The position numbers and the translations under genes are program-made. From Chlorokybus atmophyticus (Eukaryota > Plantae > Mesostigma and Chlorokybus algae), in NCBI GenBank assembly GCA_009103225.1, contig RHPI01002368.1, positions 277,397 to 341,396 of the forward strand: a stretch of DNA of 64,000 nucleotides. Reading direction: 5' to 3'. The notes below the pieces were generated by a model that saw only the letters and a program-made list of their open reading frames with translations, made no database searches and was not told where the DNA came from. This document shows, in pieces, positions 60,649 to 64,000 of this stretch. The first letter of the stretch is position 1; every line of letters begins with the position of its first letter.

Positions 60649-63600
60649 ATGGAGAACTACCATGTCATTGAGCTCGTTGGCGAAGGGTCGTTCGGGAGAG
60701 TTTACAAAGGCAGGCGCAAGCACACTGGCCAGGCAAGGCTTCACAGCTTTTGGATGCTTGGATGGTGGGCTGATTACTGCACTCCGCAGTGCATACTTGT
60801 GTGCTGGATTTCTGTTGTCTTCTTTCAACTCATCAATGTGATTATGGTTTGTGACTAAAGTAAAGCATTGCGTTTGTCGTCTGGTTAAGTTCGGTGTTGG
60901 TGCAGTGCGGCAGTCATCGGAGTTGCACTTGTTGTGTGTATGCCAGCGCACAAAGCAGCCACAAAGCACAGCTTCTAGCAATGGATTACCTTTCTTGCGA
61001 CTGTGTAAGCTAAGAATGTGCGAACTACCTTGCAACGTGTGTGTACTGCCTGTGTTACGCTTCTACTCTGAGCTAAGTCACGGCTGTACACGACTTGACA
61101 AGTTCAAGTATACATGGCAGACACTTCCCATTGCTCAATTGGCGCTCGTGTTGCGATGAGATGTGTTTGAGCTGGTCTTTCCCTTGAATAAGCTTTGAGA
61201 TTGGCCAGTAGCAGTTGAGTGGTTGACAAGTGGACTGCGCAGATCACTGCCATGAAGTTTATCACCAAAAAGGGCAAAAGCGAGAAGGACATCAAAAGCC
61301 TTCGACAGGAGATTGAGGCAAGCTTGTGTGTGTGCGTGTGCATGTTCATGCTTCAGCAACCCACCTTGTTTGCAAAAACGACATGAACCCTATCTTGTCG
61401 TCAACTTGCTTTCTCTCTAATCTCTAATTGTGCACAGATCTTGCGGAACCTGCGGCACGAGAACATTATTCATATGCTGGACACATTTGAAACCAAAGAA
61501 GAGTTCTGCGTGGTCATGGAGTTTGCGCAGGTACAAGCAAGATAGGTTTCATACTGGGTTTCATGCTATCAATCTGGTTGCTTGTTGGAGTCCTCCAGCA
61601 CAGCTTGTTCGGCCGCTTAATCAAGTTACAATGAAAGGCATGCACCGACAGGGTAAGTATGGATTATTGAAGAGCGCCAAAGTCATGCTGACATGCATTG
61701 GCTGACAGGGGGAGCTGTTTGAGGTGCTCGAGGATGATGGCAATCTGCCAGAAGATCAGGTGCACACGAACACACATACCCGCTCATGCACAGGCACCCA
61801 CGCACACCCACGAACACCCAGGCGCTTGCCAGCATGTGTTTACCCGCACACGCAAGCAAGCACGCACAGCATGTGTTCAGTACTTGCCAGTTGTTACTCG
61901 GGAAAAAAACCGCAGTAGCAAAGTTACAGATAGGTAGCTGAATACGGCGTGTGCGGCCATGCAGGTTCAACTCATAGCCAAACAGCTCGTACGTGCGTTG
62001 CATTATCTTCACTCGCACCGCATCATCCACCGTGACATGAAGCCGCAGAACATATTGATCGGTGCTCATGGTCAAGTAAGTATGCATGGCTTGAGGCATG
62101 CTACACAAGCATACAAGCACACACATGTACAGGCGTGTGCGCATACACAATATAAATCTGTTGTTACATATATGCAGGTGAAGCTTTGTGACTTTGGCTT
62201 TGCTCGCGCCATGTCCTGCAACACAATGGTGCTCACATCCATCAAAGGCACACCGTTGTACATGGCTCCTGAACTTGTGCAGGTATCAACATTGTGAACA
62301 CAACGCTCGCCCACCTCATCCGCCAAACATGACATGTGAGATAACGCTTACATTTGCTGTGGGCAGGAGCAACCTTACAATCATACTGTGGACTTATGGT
62401 CCCTCGGTGTCATCCTGTACGAGCTGTATGTTGGCCAGCCTCCATTCTACACTAATTCTATATACTCCCTCATTCATCACATTGTTAAGGTATGCTGGAT
62501 GGTAGTTGTGTACATGCCACGATGCAATTTTCTCATTCAATCTTGCTCGCAGGACCCTGTAAAGTATCCCGACACCATGTCTACACACTTCAAGAGCTTT
62601 CTGAAAGGGCTCCTGAACAAGACTCCGTCACAGCGGCTGGGATGGCCGCAGCTGCTGACGCATCCATTTGTGATTGAAAGTGATGCCGAGATCAAGCAGC
62701 GAGTAAGCCTGCACGCGAGTAGATGCACGTATACGGGTGCATGCGCGCAATCATTCAGCAGATACTGTAATATGGTAACATCTAACTGCAGGTCAACTTT
62801 AGTCTGTGCGTTTGCATGCTTATGCACAAAGCAGAGTGCGAGTATTTGTATCATATTGCTCGCAGATGCATACGCACGCACACAAACATGGCAGTAATGG
62901 CCAGTTGCCTCGGATGCAATTTGAAAGATGACGCGTGTATTGTCATTAGGAAACCATGCTGGCTGCAGACAAGTTGCGGCGTGCACCTGCAGTCAGCCCT
63001 GCCATAGCACCTGCATCCGAAAAGGAGGAGAAACCGACTCCAACAAAAGGTATACTCCACCACATGCCGTGCCCCTCAACACGTGCTTGTCAAGGTCACA
63101 CGCTTGTGTTTATGCGTGTTTCTGCTGACATGATTCACATATGTATAAAACAGCCATTTCAACACCACGCACGACTCCAATACCAGACCAAAGAATGGAG
63201 CAGCCAGCTACACCAGACGCGCACCAGGCCAGAACAGGCAAGGAGAACCACCAGCATCAGGCCAACGGCAACACCCCTCATGCCAATATGCACACGCCAC
63301 GCGCCACGCTTGCAGCACCTCAGGATCTGCAGGTTTGCAACAAGATGATGGAAGATGTACAGCAGCGTCTGAAAAACCGTGGTGGCTGTGCTGGATGTGT
63401 GTGTGACAACCTTGTTTTCAGGTGACTGGGACCTCAGTGCGGCCTGCAGCGGGTACTCCCGTCCCTCCCGCATTGCCAATTGGGCCGAACCCAGGCCTGG
63501 CTGCCTTTGGCATCAAGGGTGCTGGTAACAACAGCACACCGCAGAAGTTGGCCATGCCCGTACGAGCAGCCCCAGAGCCTCCCAGAGAGCCTCCAAGGGC

Positions 63601-64000
63601 TCAGGATCAGGCTAGCCCGGTGCCAACGGCCAGGCCGAAAGACGCTCCCGAGGTCAGCCCGCGCCGTGAGAGTGTCGCTTCTACAGGTAGAGTTCAACAC
63701 AGTTGCCACTTGAGGTGTTGCTTCCAGTAACACGATTAGACCGGCCTGGTGCATGTGTGTACATGTGCGTGCATATGTTTTCTTGCGTGCAAACTGTTGC
63801 TGCCGTGCTTCTTCTTGTCATGGTAAATGCAATCATCCTGCTTACTTTGACGCACTGCAAGTGTCAGTGATGTATCCTATGTATGTGGTAACATACTTGC
63901 CTTGGTTGTTCAGGTCCAGCTGTTGCACAGCCACAGCCGTTTCAGCGGGAAGAGCAGTTGTCACTTACGCCAGCGGGGGCTGAAGCGCTCGCAAACGAGG
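60649..64000 (+). CDS. TIO: Fused/STK36-type Ser/Thr kinase (TWO-IN-ONE-like), runs off the end of the window
   Basis: [86 protein letters not shown] and [11 protein letters not shown]. Confidence 0.95.

Overview
Eukaryotic, intron-rich, repeat-heavy genomic DNA from a green alga. The PsaH sequence mixes chlorophyte-like and land-plant-like features, which suggests an early-diverging green lineage (inference). Six host genes are recognisable: an FAD oxidoreductase with a C-terminal Rieske domain (YhfW-like), a MAPEG/microsomal GST, a plastid-targeted tandem SnoaL/NTF2-fold protein, PsaH, an Alba/Rpp25-type RGG protein and the 5' part of a Fused/TIO kinase. There is also a decayed BAHD acyltransferase gene. 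About half the window is transposons: a young Ty3/Gypsy element with 141-bp identical LTRs, a 4-bp TSD and a 33-nt tRNA-Ala primer-binding site; a chromovirus that appears to carry a Dam-like adenine-methyltransferase domain upstream of its protease; a decayed Gypsy with a C-terminal PHD finger and a nested Copia fragment; a 599-bp TRIM; and two intron-containing pogo-superfamily transposases. The best novelty candidates are the chromatin or methylation modules carried by the LTR elements and the extended tRNA T-arm sequences at two primer-binding sites. All calls were made by eye, and no database searches were run.
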